The position numbers and the translations under genes were made by a program. A stretch of DNA of 62,280 nucleotides. Source: an uncultured Alphaproteobacteria bacterium. GTDB taxonomy: Bacteria > Pseudomonadota > Alphaproteobacteria > RF32 > CAG-239. How positions within the stretch are numbered: the first letter of the stretch is position 1; every line of letters begins with the position of its first letter. The stretch is taken from contig CALXRR010000001.1 in NCBI GenBank assembly GCA_944390905.1, forward strand, positions 1 to 62,280, written 5' to 3'. This document shows positions 52,626 to 61,332 of the stretch, in pieces. The notes under the pieces were generated by a model that ran no database searches, was not told where the DNA came from, and was given only the letters and a program-made list of their open reading frames with translations.

Positions 52626-53112
52626 TGCTAGATGATTCCGGTTGGTTATTGTTGTCGGTCATGTAATGCGAATAATGTTTGATGATGAAGTCTTTCCACT
52701 CACCGTCAGGGGCGGCGCAACCTTGTTTTTTGTTATTTGAGGATACTAAAACGATGCCTCCGTGCTGCCATAAAGTTTGGCAATGTTGGTAATCGCTGGT
52801 TAGGTATTGTTTGGTGCGCTCTAGCAAATGGTGATGGAGTTTCTTTTGATAATAAGAGGTGTGGAGCATTAATAGTCCGACGATAACTAAGAGCCCAAAG
52901 ATAACATTAAAGCATAGGATTATCAGTAGTCCGAGCAGGGTGTAACCAAGAATGGGAAGAAGGTTTTCCCAAGGGTTGTAAACCGGTGAACCGGGGCGAT
53001 TGATTTGGCTGCAATCAAGATATAGTTGCAAATCGTTATTATCAAGGGCTCGGGTCAGAGCTTTGTATATTAATTGGTCTGCTTTATTGGGCGGAGTTAT
53101 TTTGGCTGTCAT
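52588..53112 (-). CDS. Hypothetical membrane protein (174 aa)
   Basis: It has a central hydrophobic stretch long enough for one or two TM segments. It overlaps both neighbouring genes (mltA and smr) on the same strand. Confidence 0.55.
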   Translation of the reverse strand: MTAKITPPNKADQLIYKALTRALDNNDLQLYLDCSQINRPGSPVYNPWENLLPILGYTLLGLLIILCFNVIFGLLVIVGLLMLHTSYYQKKLHHHLLERTKQYLTSDYQHCQTLWQHGGIVLVSSNNKKQGCAAPDGEWKDFIIKHYSHYMTDNNNQPESSSNETPAETEPKTA

Positions 53113-54274
53113 TAGTGGTCTCCAAATAGGTATGAGGTAAGAATATATAATATCTTCCTTTTGAGTTCATTTTGCCGGCTTTTTCCAAGACTTCATCTGC
53201 TCCGGAGCCCCAGAAGTAATCTCCGCGGACACAGCCTTTGATGGCGCTGCCGATGTCTTGAGCTACGACGAGTTTTTGCAAGGGTTCTTTATCAGGGCCG
53301 GTGGTGTCAAGCCATAATAAACTGCCGAGAGGTATGTAGCTGCGGTCTACGGCCAAACTACGGCCGGCATGGAGCGGAACCCCGTGTGCTCCGAGCGGAC
53401 CTTCGGTGTTGAGAAGGCGATGAAAAATAAAACGGTCGTTTTCATGGTAAATTTCATCAGCTTTGTCAGGGTTGTTTTGAAGCCATTTTTTGATGTGTGA
53501 CATTGAGGCTTTTCCAGGTTTGAGTAATCCTTTGGAAAGGAGAATCGAGCCAATGCCTTTGAATGGATGTCCGTTATTGTCGGCGTAACCTACGCGAACT
53601 TTGCGCCCGTCATCAAGAGTGGCAACTGCCGAGCCCTGAATTTGCATTATGTTTATATCTATTTTACTGTCGGCCCAGAGAATAACCGGAGCGTTAATTG
53701 GTTGAGAATCGATTTGTTGCCGAGTGTAATAAGGTACGAGTTTTTGGTTTTCAACTCTGCCGACATAGCGTTTGCTGGGAGCTGAAGCGTCAAAATCGTG
53801 CGGGTTGAACTCTATCAGGTCAAAAGGTTTGCCGTAAACAGGGTATTGATATGGTCCGTGTTTGGTTAGAGAGGCGTTAAGTGATGATTCATAATAAGAG
53901 GTGAATTTGCCTTCAGCTGAGCCCTGGCAACTGACTTGATAAGGAGTGAAATGTTCTTGAATAAAGTTGCGAAATTCTTCAGTGTTTTGGGGTTGGAGGT
54001 TGATGAAATCGCGGCAGATATTTTGGTAAACAGATGTTGAAATCTTAGCTTTGGAATTAGAAAGGTATTCCGTATTTTCGTTTAAAATACGGAGGCAAGA
54101 ATCGTTAAAAGGGGCAATTGCCAAAGCTAAATTGTCATTCTGCCAGTTAGGGAGAGCGTCAAATGATACGGCGGTAAACTCTATTTCCGGTTGAGGCAGA
54201 GTTTGCGGAGTTTGTTGCTCTTCACAGGCGACAAGAGATAAAATAAGACTGAGATGTAAAAGTTTTTTTATCAT
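53084..54274 (-). CDS. mltA: Membrane-bound lytic murein transglycosylase A
   Basis: Lipoprotein-like N-terminus (LVAC). MltA and 3D domain pattern (SLAVD...IPLG, AQDTG-like QDIGSAIKG). Confidence 0.85.
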   Translation of the reverse strand: MIKKLLHLSLILSLVACEEQQTPQTLPQPEIEFTAVSFDALPNWQNDNLALAIAPFNDSCLRILNENTEYLSNSKAKISTSVYQNICRDFINLQPQNTEEFRNFIQEHFTPYQVSCQGSAEGKFTSYYESSLNASLTKHGPYQYPVYGKPFDLIEFNPHDFDASAPSKRYVGRVENQKLVPYYTRQQIDSQPINAPVILWADSKIDINIMQIQGSAVATLDDGRKVRVGYADNNGHPFKGIGSILLSKGLLKPGKASMSHIKKWLQNNPDKADEIYHENDRFIFHRLLNTEGPLGAHGVPLHAGRSLAVDRSYIPLGSLLWLDTTGPDKEPLQKLVVAQDIGSAIKGCVRGDYFWGSGADEVLEKAGKMNSKGRYYIFLPHTYLETTNDSQNNSAQ

Positions 54275-54942
54275 GATTTTTTAGTAGATGTTAGCAGCCA
54301 GTTGGGGCTGGTGGAGGTTAAAGCTTTTTCAAAAGTCCAGATATCGGTGATGTTTTGGATATATTGTTCATCTCCTTCAATGACTTCACCTTCTTTGTTT
54401 TTGAGGATATTGACCTGTTCGGAAATAAATTTGACCGTGATGGTGATAGTGTCATCAGGAGAGATTTGAGCATGGGTGATTTCGGCTTCATCGAATCCGA
54501 TAATATCGGTTTCAGCGGTAATGCCTTCAGCTTGGCGTTGTTCAATGACTTGTTTGAACTTTTTAGCCAAATCTTTAGATACCAGCATTTCAAGAGTTTC
54601 GGTATCACCTTGGCTGAATGATGAGACTATCATTTCAAAGGCTTTTTTGGCGCTGTCTAAAAATTTGTTGCGGTTGAAATTGGGAATCTTGGTTAAAACT
54701 TTGTCGGTCTCACTGGCTGATTCAGGTAGAATTTCTGTGTTTTCTTCAGGATGAGATGGCGATGGTGTTGTATCAGCCTTTTTTACGATTATATCAATGA
54801 TTTTGGCGGCTTTTTCTTCAGCGATTTTCTTTTCAGTCTCGGTGGGGCGTGTGCCTAAAATGCTGTAAAGCTTGTGGAACAGAAAAAGTATTACCAGAAG
54901 CAAAATAATGATATCTACGTATTGCGACATAGTTTTCCTCAA
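54271..54942 (-). CDS. Tim44-like domain protein
   Basis: N-terminal TM segment. The C-terminal Tim44-like domain ends ..IWTFEK......PNWLL. The conserved neighbourhood with secB and mltA is as in alphaproteobacteria. Confidence 0.8.
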   Translation of the reverse strand: MRKTMSQYVDIIILLLVILFLFHKLYSILGTRPTETEKKIAEEKAAKIIDIIVKKADTTPSPSHPEENTEILPESASETDKVLTKIPNFNRNKFLDSAKKAFEMIVSSFSQGDTETLEMLVSKDLAKKFKQVIEQRQAEGITAETDIIGFDEAEITHAQISPDDTITITVKFISEQVNILKNKEGEVIEGDEQYIQNITDIWTFEKALTSTSPNWLLTSTKKS

Positions 54943-55010
54943 ATAGTTGGTTGTCAGTATATTCTTTGTATTATATAGCGTTTTTTGCTTTGATTATCAA
55001 CTATAATTAT

Positions 55011-55038
55011 TTGACCTTTGAGCATATTTGGGTATAAT
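55011..55038 (+). promoter_or_regulatory. Near-consensus sigma-70 promoter for secB (TTGACC-N16-TATAAT)
   Basis: Read directly. The -10 element ends 34 nt before the ATG. Confidence 0.55.
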
Positions 55039-55071
55039 GTGGTTAATTTTTTAATTTAAGGAGATGTTTTG

Positions 55072-55581
55072 ATGAGTGACGATAATGTTAAAACCGCTAA
55101 TGATAATCCGGATCAAGATAATAACAATCAGCAACAGCAGCCGCCGATTGTTATTCATACGCAATATATCAAAGATTTGTCTTTAGAGATTCCTCATGCA
55201 CCGGAAGTATTTAGAAATCTTAATCAGGCGCCGGCGGTAAATATTCATGTTGATGTAAATGCTAACCATATGCATGAAAACTTTTTTAATGTTGAACTGC
55301 GTATTGCCATGGATGGTGATTTGATTGATGAGAAACTGTTTATTTTGGAGATGAAATACGCCGCGGTGGTATCTTTGAATATTCCGCAGGAACATGTTGA
55401 GCCGGTATTGTTGGTTGAAATTCCGAGAATGCTTTTCCCATTTGCTCGCAGTATTGTGACTAATGCTTTGGTGGATGGCGGGCTGCCTCCGTTTATGCTG
55501 AATCCGATTGATTTTATGGCGATGTACCAGAATCGAAAAGCTCAGCCTCAGGCTCAGGAAAGACCGGTACAACCGGAATAA
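55072..55581 (+). CDS. secB: Protein-export chaperone SecB
   Basis: QYIKDLSLE.P and LLVE.PR.LFPFAR motifs. AAGGAG lies upstream. Confidence 0.93.
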   Translation: MSDDNVKTANDNPDQDNNNQQQQPPIVIHTQYIKDLSLEIPHAPEVFRNLNQAPAVNIHVDVNANHMHENFFNVELRIAMDGDLIDEKLFILEMKYAAVVSLNIPQEHVEPVLLVEIPRMLFPFARSIVTNALVDGGLPPFMLNPIDFMAMYQNRKAQPQAQERPVQPE

Positions 55582-55604
55582 TCCATATAAAAATAATAAA
55601 TGAT

Positions 55605-55631
55605 AAAAGGAGCTTTTTTAGCTCCTTTTTT
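55605..55631. terminator. Bidirectional terminator between secB and xerD (overlaps the xerD stop)
   Basis: aaaaggagct-tttt(t)-agctcctttt flanked by A and T runs. Confidence 0.6.
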
Positions 55632-56523
55632 GGTGTAAGGGGTGGTTTTGCAATACGGTTTTGATGAGACTGTCATCAATGATATGGGTATAAATTTCAG
55701 TAGTGGAGATACTGCTGTGCCCAAGCATTTGTTGAACAGCGCGAAGGTCAGCGTGGTTGTTGAGCAAATGAGTGGCAAAAGAGTGGCGCAAAGTATGTGG
55801 TGAAATTTTTGATGGAGAAATACCGCAGCGAGCGGCAAGCTCTTTTAGGTCTTTATAAAAGGCGTCGCGGGTAAAGTGGCCAGAGCGGCTGCGGGAGGGA
55901 AAAAGCCATTGCGATTTGCGGCCGCGTTTGAGAAAGTTGTCTCTAAAATCAAGATAAACCAAAATGCTTTCAATGGCAGAGGAGGCTATAGGAATCAGGC
56001 GTTCTTTGCTGCCTTTGCCGCGGATGAGGATTTGTTTGCGCTCAAAATTAATGCAGTTTTCCGGCAGGGTAACAAGCTCAGAAACACGGAGACCGCAGGC
56101 ATACATAAGTTCTATCATAACGGACATTCTTTGCCAGCGAATCTCAGAGCTGTTGCGAGAGGTGTCTATGAGTTGTTTTATCTCTTCAGCCGAAAGGTAT
56201 TTAGGTAAAGGTTTTTGTTGCTTGGGTGATAAGATATTGCCGGTCGGGAGGGTGGAAATATCTTTTTCAGAATAAAGGAATTTGAAGTATTCTCTCAAGG
56301 TTGAGATTTTACGGGCAATGCTTTTGGCGGCGAATCCGTCAGCTGAAAGGCTTTTGATGAAAGCGGAGATGTCGGCTTTGGTGATATCTGAAGGTGATGA
56401 TTTGGGGCAGTTGGCCCAAAATTGTTCCAGGTCTCGGCGGTAAGCCTGCAAGGTGTTGTCTGAAGCACCACGCTCGGCCGACATCATTTCTAAAAAGTCT
56501 TCAATTTGCTCGCCGGATGACAT
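55618..56523 (-). CDS. xerD: Tyrosine site-specific recombinase XerD (XerC/D family)
   Basis: R...HxLRHSFATHLL...LGHSSISTTEIYTH catalytic motifs. Divergent from aroK, as is common in alphaproteobacteria. Confidence 0.9.
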   Translation of the reverse strand: MSSGEQIEDFLEMMSAERGASDNTLQAYRRDLEQFWANCPKSSPSDITKADISAFIKSLSADGFAAKSIARKISTLREYFKFLYSEKDISTLPTGNILSPKQQKPLPKYLSAEEIKQLIDTSRNSSEIRWQRMSVMIELMYACGLRVSELVTLPENCINFERKQILIRGKGSKERLIPIASSAIESILVYLDFRDNFLKRGRKSQWLFPSRSRSGHFTRDAFYKDLKELAARCGISPSKISPHTLRHSFATHLLNNHADLRAVQQMLGHSSISTTEIYTHIIDDSLIKTVLQNHPLHQKRS

Positions 56524-56666
56524 TAGTTGTCCAAAAAGCTGTTGTCTAAGGTTTGTTCAACATGCTCTTGTTTTATCGGGGCTTCGTGTGATGCTACAAA
56601 AAGCAGCAATGCTAAAAATGCGATTAAGCCGATATAAATCCATAAATTTGATTTTTTCTGTCTCAT
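56523..56666 (-). CDS. Small single-TM protein (47 aa) translationally coupled to xerD (TAATG)
   Basis: MRQKKSNLWIYIGLIAFLALLLFVASHEAPIKQEHVEQTLDNSFLDN. Below the ORF-track size cut-off. AAGG lies about 9 nt upstream of the ATG. Confidence 0.4.
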   Translation of the reverse strand: MRQKKSNLWIYIGLIAFLALLLFVASHEAPIKQEHVEQTLDNSFLDN

Positions 56667-56764
56667 CTTTTATGCCTTTTTAAAAAAGTCTATTGCTAAA
56701 TCAGGAATCTGTTTATATATTTAGCATAAATATTTTGAAAGAACCATAAAAAAATAAAAAAGTG

Positions 56765-57307
56765 ATGATAAAAAAGAATAATAAAATAATTCTGCTTGTC
56801 GGTTTGATGGGCAGCGGTAAAACCAGTGTCGGGAGACGCCTGGCTAAAAAGCTGAACCTGCCTTTTGTGGATGGGGACCAAGAGATTGAAAAAGCGGCAG
56901 GATTGTCGTTGATTGATGTGTTGAAATGTTTTGGCGAAGAAGAATATCGCGCCGGAGAAGCTCGCGTAATGAAGCGATTGTTGCAAGGCGAGCCTTGTGT
57001 ATTAGCCTCCGGCGGAGGGTCTTTTGTTGCGGAGCAGACCAGAAAGTTGGCTAAAGAGCATGCTATTACGGTTTGGTTGAAAGCTGATGTTAATGTGCTC
57101 TATAACCGCACGGCCGGACGCAAGCATCGCCCTTTTTTGGAAGGTGATGACTCCCATTTGCGCAACAAATTAGAGGAATATATCAAAGAGGAATATCCCT
57201 TTTATTCAGAAGCAGACATTGTCGTCGAGACCAAGGAAGAGGCAGTGGAAAATACTGTGTTGCGTGTAATCGAAGCCCTAAATAAAGTTTACTCTGTGGT
57301 CGATTAG
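56765..57307 (+). CDS. aroK: Shikimate kinase
   Basis: LVGLMGSGKTSVGR P-loop, DGD, GGG motifs. Confidence 0.9.
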   Translation: MIKKNNKIILLVGLMGSGKTSVGRRLAKKLNLPFVDGDQEIEKAAGLSLIDVLKCFGEEEYRAGEARVMKRLLQGEPCVLASGGGSFVAEQTRKLAKEHAITVWLKADVNVLYNRTAGRKHRPFLEGDDSHLRNKLEEYIKEEYPFYSEADIVVETKEEAVENTVLRVIEALNKVYSVVD

Positions 57308-57422
57308 TACAGATTTTGCGAGTTAAAGAAATGCTCACGTACTTTTTTAACTCAGGAATCTAGGCTCGCGGTGGTTGCGGTTGCTCCCTTGCTTGCCAAG
57401 ATTTTCTGAGATGTTACAGATG

Positions 57423-57446
57423 AAAAAGCAACGTCGGTTGCTTTTT
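57423..57446. terminator. Terminator-like hairpin in the aroK-downstream spacer
   Basis: aaaaagcaac-gtcg-gttgcttttt, a 10-bp stem with A/T runs built into the arms. Confidence 0.4.
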
Positions 57447-57609
57447 CACTTAGCCATTGCTGCGGTACTTTTGCTCTTGACGCCTACTATTCAACTCATT
57501 AAACATACTTTCTTGACCTGAGAACTTGATTGTGCGTTGTAATTTTTCCGGTCAGAAAAATGTTGTATCTAACGCACTCTTTACAGTTTTCTGTTTACTC
57601 TGTGTTTGT

Positions 57610-57637
57610 AAAAAAAAAGCCCGCGGTTTAGCGGGCT
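57610..57637 (-). terminator. Rho-independent terminator of the ADP-dependent kinase gene
   Basis: Minus strand agcccgc-taaacc-gcgggct followed by T9. Confidence 0.8.
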
Positions 57638-57656
57638 TGGTTAGTTTGGGTTCCGG

Positions 57657-59054
57657 TTAGCGTGCGCCGACCAGTGATATGGACGAGATGGTGTCACCCA
57701 TGCCGACTAAGGTTACCGGTTTTTCTACCAGAATCGTCGGAATGGCGATAACATCGTGGCCGTCAACTTCTGCAATGCCGGTGCTCAAAAGTTCAGGCTT
57801 ATGCAAGTGTTCAGCCAAATCTTTGAGCTCGTTTAAGCCAACGTCTGATACCTTTTGACCTTGAGCCCAGAGCAGGTTTTTGGAATCATTAATACTACCG
57901 GTGCCGGCTTTGCCTGCCGCAACAGTGGCGGCTAACATCATACCGCGGAGGTTGGCTTCAGGCGTGATTTTGAATCCTTTGTCCTGAATGGTGATATAAA
58001 GTCCGAACATGTGAAGCTGAATACGCGGGGCTTTGATATGTTTTTTGATGTTCATTAAAGCATCAAACATATTGATACTGTGAGTATCTTGGTTGCATTT
58101 TTCAGCCAAATCTTCAAAGTCGGTAACTTCCAAAATATCAATTGCTTCACGCTCGTTAATACCTATCGAATCGACAATCGGGGCGATTTTTTTGATGATG
58201 GCTTTGCGGACGGCAATATCTTGAGTAGATGCAATTTCAAGGTGGACGAGGTCGCCGTTATGTTTCCATTGTTGGATAATCGGGATTACGTCATCTTGCA
58301 GTTTGACGCCGTTGTTGCGCTCGGTCAAAGCATGAAAACCTGACAGTACGATGTAGTCAACCGGCTCTGTGGAGAGTTGTTCGATAAAATGTTTATCCAT
58401 AACCAAGTGGAGGTTCAGAGGATCATAAGTGGCAATAAAACGATTAGACTTGGGGCAAGTGAAGGTTTGGCCGTCAATGGTGACGCTGTCGCCTTTGTCA
58501 AACTCCAGAATCCAGTGAATCAGTGGAATATCAACCTCACGATTAATACTATATGCCGGTTGAGCGCGGCCGTGTTCATCAAACGAAAGCAGGTTATCAA
58601 GCTTTAAGAACTGTTGAGCCTGAAGCTCCGGCAGAGAGTTGGTGTGAGCATAGACTTTTTGCACGCCGGTGACAGCCAAAGCATTAGCCACAATGCCGCC
58701 TTGACCGCCCATTTGCAAGCGGTCGTAGCCCAAGTTTTCAACCATCCAGTCATAAACCAATTTGTCTTCGGTGAGCCATTCTTCAGCTATGCCGCGGCTA
58801 AAGCATCTGAACAAGCCTTTGAGGACATCATCGGCATTTTCGAGCTTGGTGCGAGTGATGTTTTGCAGGTCTGATAATGAAAGGCCGAGTTTGGCGGCTA
58901 AGTCGGCAATTTTGCTGCCTTTGATTTTTAAGACTGCGTCGACGTTGGTATTAAATGCCGTAGCGACGGATTTTACTTGTTGCATATTTTGCAGGCTTTG
59001 CGGTACGGTTTTGAACTTTTCAAGCCAGATGTTTTTTAGTTCTTCGTTATTCAT
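57657..59054 (-). CDS. ADP-dependent sugar kinase family (ADP-dependent glucokinase/phosphofructokinase type)
   Basis: N-terminal AFNTNVDAV and C-terminal VGMGDTISS motifs, as remembered for the archaeal/eukaryotic ADP-GK/PFK family. About 465 aa. Confidence 0.7.
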   Translation of the reverse strand: MNNEELKNIWLEKFKTVPQSLQNMQQVKSVATAFNTNVDAVLKIKGSKIADLAAKLGLSLSDLQNITRTKLENADDVLKGLFRCFSRGIAEEWLTEDKLVYDWMVENLGYDRLQMGGQGGIVANALAVTGVQKVYAHTNSLPELQAQQFLKLDNLLSFDEHGRAQPAYSINREVDIPLIHWILEFDKGDSVTIDGQTFTCPKSNRFIATYDPLNLHLVMDKHFIEQLSTEPVDYIVLSGFHALTERNNGVKLQDDVIPIIQQWKHNGDLVHLEIASTQDIAVRKAIIKKIAPIVDSIGINEREAIDILEVTDFEDLAEKCNQDTHSINMFDALMNIKKHIKAPRIQLHMFGLYITIQDKGFKITPEANLRGMMLAATVAAGKAGTGSINDSKNLLWAQGQKVSDVGLNELKDLAEHLHKPELLSTGIAEVDGHDVIAIPTILVEKPVTLVGMGDTISSISLVGAR

Positions 59055-59066
59055 AGAATCCTCTTA

Positions 59067-60185
59067 TTATTGGTTAAGATTATTATTTTCAGGGTGGACA
59101 TAATTGAGTTTCATCAGAGCCAGTGAATAGGTCGAGATTTGGCCGATGGCTTGGTGAAATGCCGTATATTCGGAAGCGGCATTAATCCAGTTGTCAAGCT
59201 CCGGATATTCTTGACGCAAGGCTTGGTTTTCGGGCTGGGTAAGAATCGATAATGCAGCTGAAAACTCTTGTTTATCGACATCATTTTTAGCAGACAGCAT
59301 GGTATCCGGTTGTTGGGGAACATCAGCCTCGGCTTGGTCGGTGCGCTTGACGCTGACGTATTCGCTAAGTTTCATGTTGAGGCGTTCTTTCCAGTCTTTG
59401 CTGGCGATGGCTTTGTCTTGCTCGGCTTTGCTTATGGTATTATAAAGGTTATCAAAATCTGCCGTAAGGCTTGCAGCGGAGGGAAGCCGGCGATGAGCAA
59501 AACGCAATATCTCGCTGATGGGGGCTTGTAAATCAGGTTCGGAATTGACAAGTTGTGACAATACTTCAGCCTCGTAAGGGAAGGTATTGCCGCGAGCAGA
59601 TGCATCTTTTATCATCATTACGGTAGTGAGAATTAGTGCCCCTTGGTCTGAGATTTTGGCCATGTTATCAAGTCTTTGTTCAAGCTTGTCAAGGCGGTTG
59701 ACGAGCCCTAAAACAGTGGCGGAATCGGCCTTGGCATCAAGCAAGGCGAGGTTTTGTTTTTCAAAATTGGTTAGGCGCTCGTTGAGTTGAGCTATTTCGG
59801 CCGAAGGAGCGGCCTCAACAGCAGGTTCGGCTTGATTCAAGCGGCGTTCGAGTTCGCTTAAGCGATTGTTGAGCCGGCGCAGGCGTGATATTTGTTCATC
59901 ATCTTGGCTTTGCGGTGCCGAAACAGATGTGGGTTGGCTAAAGCGGCCTACGATATTGTAGACTATTTCAGGGCGGAGCCAGAGATATCCGATGACAAGC
60001 AGAAATATTGCCCATAAAATGATGCGGGCAAAAATCAGCCCCAAGCGGCGTGATGATGTCGGGTGGGAGGTCGGGTCAGAGGTCGGTGCCGGTGTGGATG
60101 CAGGTAGGGCGGAGGTTGGCTCTTTGTCGGAGGAGGCGGATTTGTTTTTTGACATTGAAAAATCCTTTACAATATTACTTGGCAT
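59067..60185 (-). CDS. Membrane-anchored coiled-coil protein, possible alphaproteobacterial Mic60 (mitofilin)-like protein
   Basis: S/T/P-rich N-terminus, one TM segment (LGLIFARIILWAIFLLVIGYLWL), a long heptad-like region, and a C-terminal conserved-looking block. Divergent from tsaD. Confidence 0.4.
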   Translation of the reverse strand: MPSNIVKDFSMSKNKSASSDKEPTSALPASTPAPTSDPTSHPTSSRRLGLIFARIILWAIFLLVIGYLWLRPEIVYNIVGRFSQPTSVSAPQSQDDEQISRLRRLNNRLSELERRLNQAEPAVEAAPSAEIAQLNERLTNFEKQNLALLDAKADSATVLGLVNRLDKLEQRLDNMAKISDQGALILTTVMMIKDASARGNTFPYEAEVLSQLVNSEPDLQAPISEILRFAHRRLPSAASLTADFDNLYNTISKAEQDKAIASKDWKERLNMKLSEYVSVKRTDQAEADVPQQPDTMLSAKNDVDKQEFSAALSILTQPENQALRQEYPELDNWINAASEYTAFHQAIGQISTYSLALMKLNYVHPENNNLNQ

Positions 60186-60255
60186 ATAAAAATTTATAGT
60201 GTATATAATCTTAAATAATTATAAAAAAAGCAATAAGATATTTGGAATAATACTG

Positions 60256-61332
60256 ATGATTGTTTTAGGAATCGAAAGCAGTTGTGATGAAACCGCCGCC
60301 GCCGTGGTGAATGATAAGCATGAGATTTTGGGCGAAAGCGTATTGTCACAGGAAGAGCATAAAAAATATGGCGGCGTGGTGCCGGAAATTGCCGCACGCG
60401 CACATTTGGAGCATATTGATGAGATTATTGAACTGGCATTGAAAAAAGCCGGCGTATCTTTGCAGGATATTGATGCGGTGGCGGCTTCAAGCGGGCCGGG
60501 GCTGATTGGCGGAGTGGTCGTTGGGGTAATGGCTGCCAAAGCAATAGCCTTGGCTTTGGACAAGCCGTTTGTGGCCGTAAACCATTTGGAAGGGCATGCT
60601 TTGACCGCGCGATTGACTGCCGGTGTTGAATATCCGTTTTTGTTGTTGTTAGTCTCCGGTGGGCATTGTCAGATTTTGATTGTCAAAAATGTCGGCGATT
60701 ATCAGCGACTGGGGACAACCATTGATGACGCTGCAGGTGAGGCTTTTGATAAAGTGGCAAAAATGCTCGGGCTGGGATACCCCGGAGGGCCGATGATTGA
60801 AAAATTGGCGGCGCAGGGTGATGAAAATCGCTTTAGTTTGCCGCGGCCGCTGCAAAATTCAGGCGACTGTAATTTGTCTTTTTCAGGATTAAAAACCGCA
60901 GTGCGCAAAATAATCGAATCATATGCGCCGGACGGAATGGTGGAGCATGCTATTTTGCCAAAGCAAGATGTGGCTGATGTTTGCGCTTGTTTTCAGAAAG
61001 CGGCGACCGAATGTTTGTTGATGAAGCTGGAAAAAGCAATCAAGATTTTTAAGGAAAAATACCCCGAGGCTGAAGATTTGGTGGTTGCCGGAGGTGTGGC
61101 CGCGAATACTTATTTGCGGGAATCGATGGAGCGTTTGGCTAAGCGGTATAATATGACTTTTGCGGCGCCTCCGGTTCGCTTTTGTACCGACAATGGTGTG
61201 ATGATTGCTTGGGCCGGACTGGAGCGCTTTAAAAATGGATATACCAATAGTTTGGACTTTAAGCCTCGTCCGCGTTGGCCTTTAGATGAAAATGCACCCA
61301 AAGCGGTTGGTGCCGGAGGAGTTAAAGCATAA
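60256..61332 (+). CDS. tsaD: tRNA N6-adenosine threonylcarbamoyltransferase TsaD
   Basis: VLGIESSCDETAAAV, HLEGH, GGVAAN motifs. ATG 60256 is preferred over ORF-track 60199. Confidence 0.95.
   Translation: MIVLGIESSCDETAAAVVNDKHEILGESVLSQEEHKKYGGVVPEIAARAHLEHIDEIIELALKKAGVSLQDIDAVAASSGPGLIGGVVVGVMAAKAIALALDKPFVAVNHLEGHALTARLTAGVEYPFLLLLVSGGHCQILIVKNVGDYQRLGTTIDDAAGEAFDKVAKMLGLGYPGGPMIEKLAAQGDENRFSLPRPLQNSGDCNLSFSGLKTAVRKIIESYAPDGMVEHAILPKQDVADVCACFQKAATECLLMKLEKAIKIFKEKYPEAEDLVVAGGVAANTYLRESMERLAKRYNMTFAAPPVRFCTDNGVMIAWAGLERFKNGYTNSLDFKPRPRWPLDENAPKAVGAGGVKA

Noticed and set aside
55618-56523. Tyrosine recombinase as a marker of an integrated mobile element.
   Set aside because: Its sequence and its synteny (secB / xerD / aroK) identify it as housekeeping XerD. 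There is no att-like duplication or cargo around it.
57247-57260. Possible seventh copy of the 14-mer in the aroK 3' end (gaaaatactgtgt).
   Set aside because: It matches only 10/14 positions, including a mismatch in the ACAGTGT core. I treated it as chance similarity.
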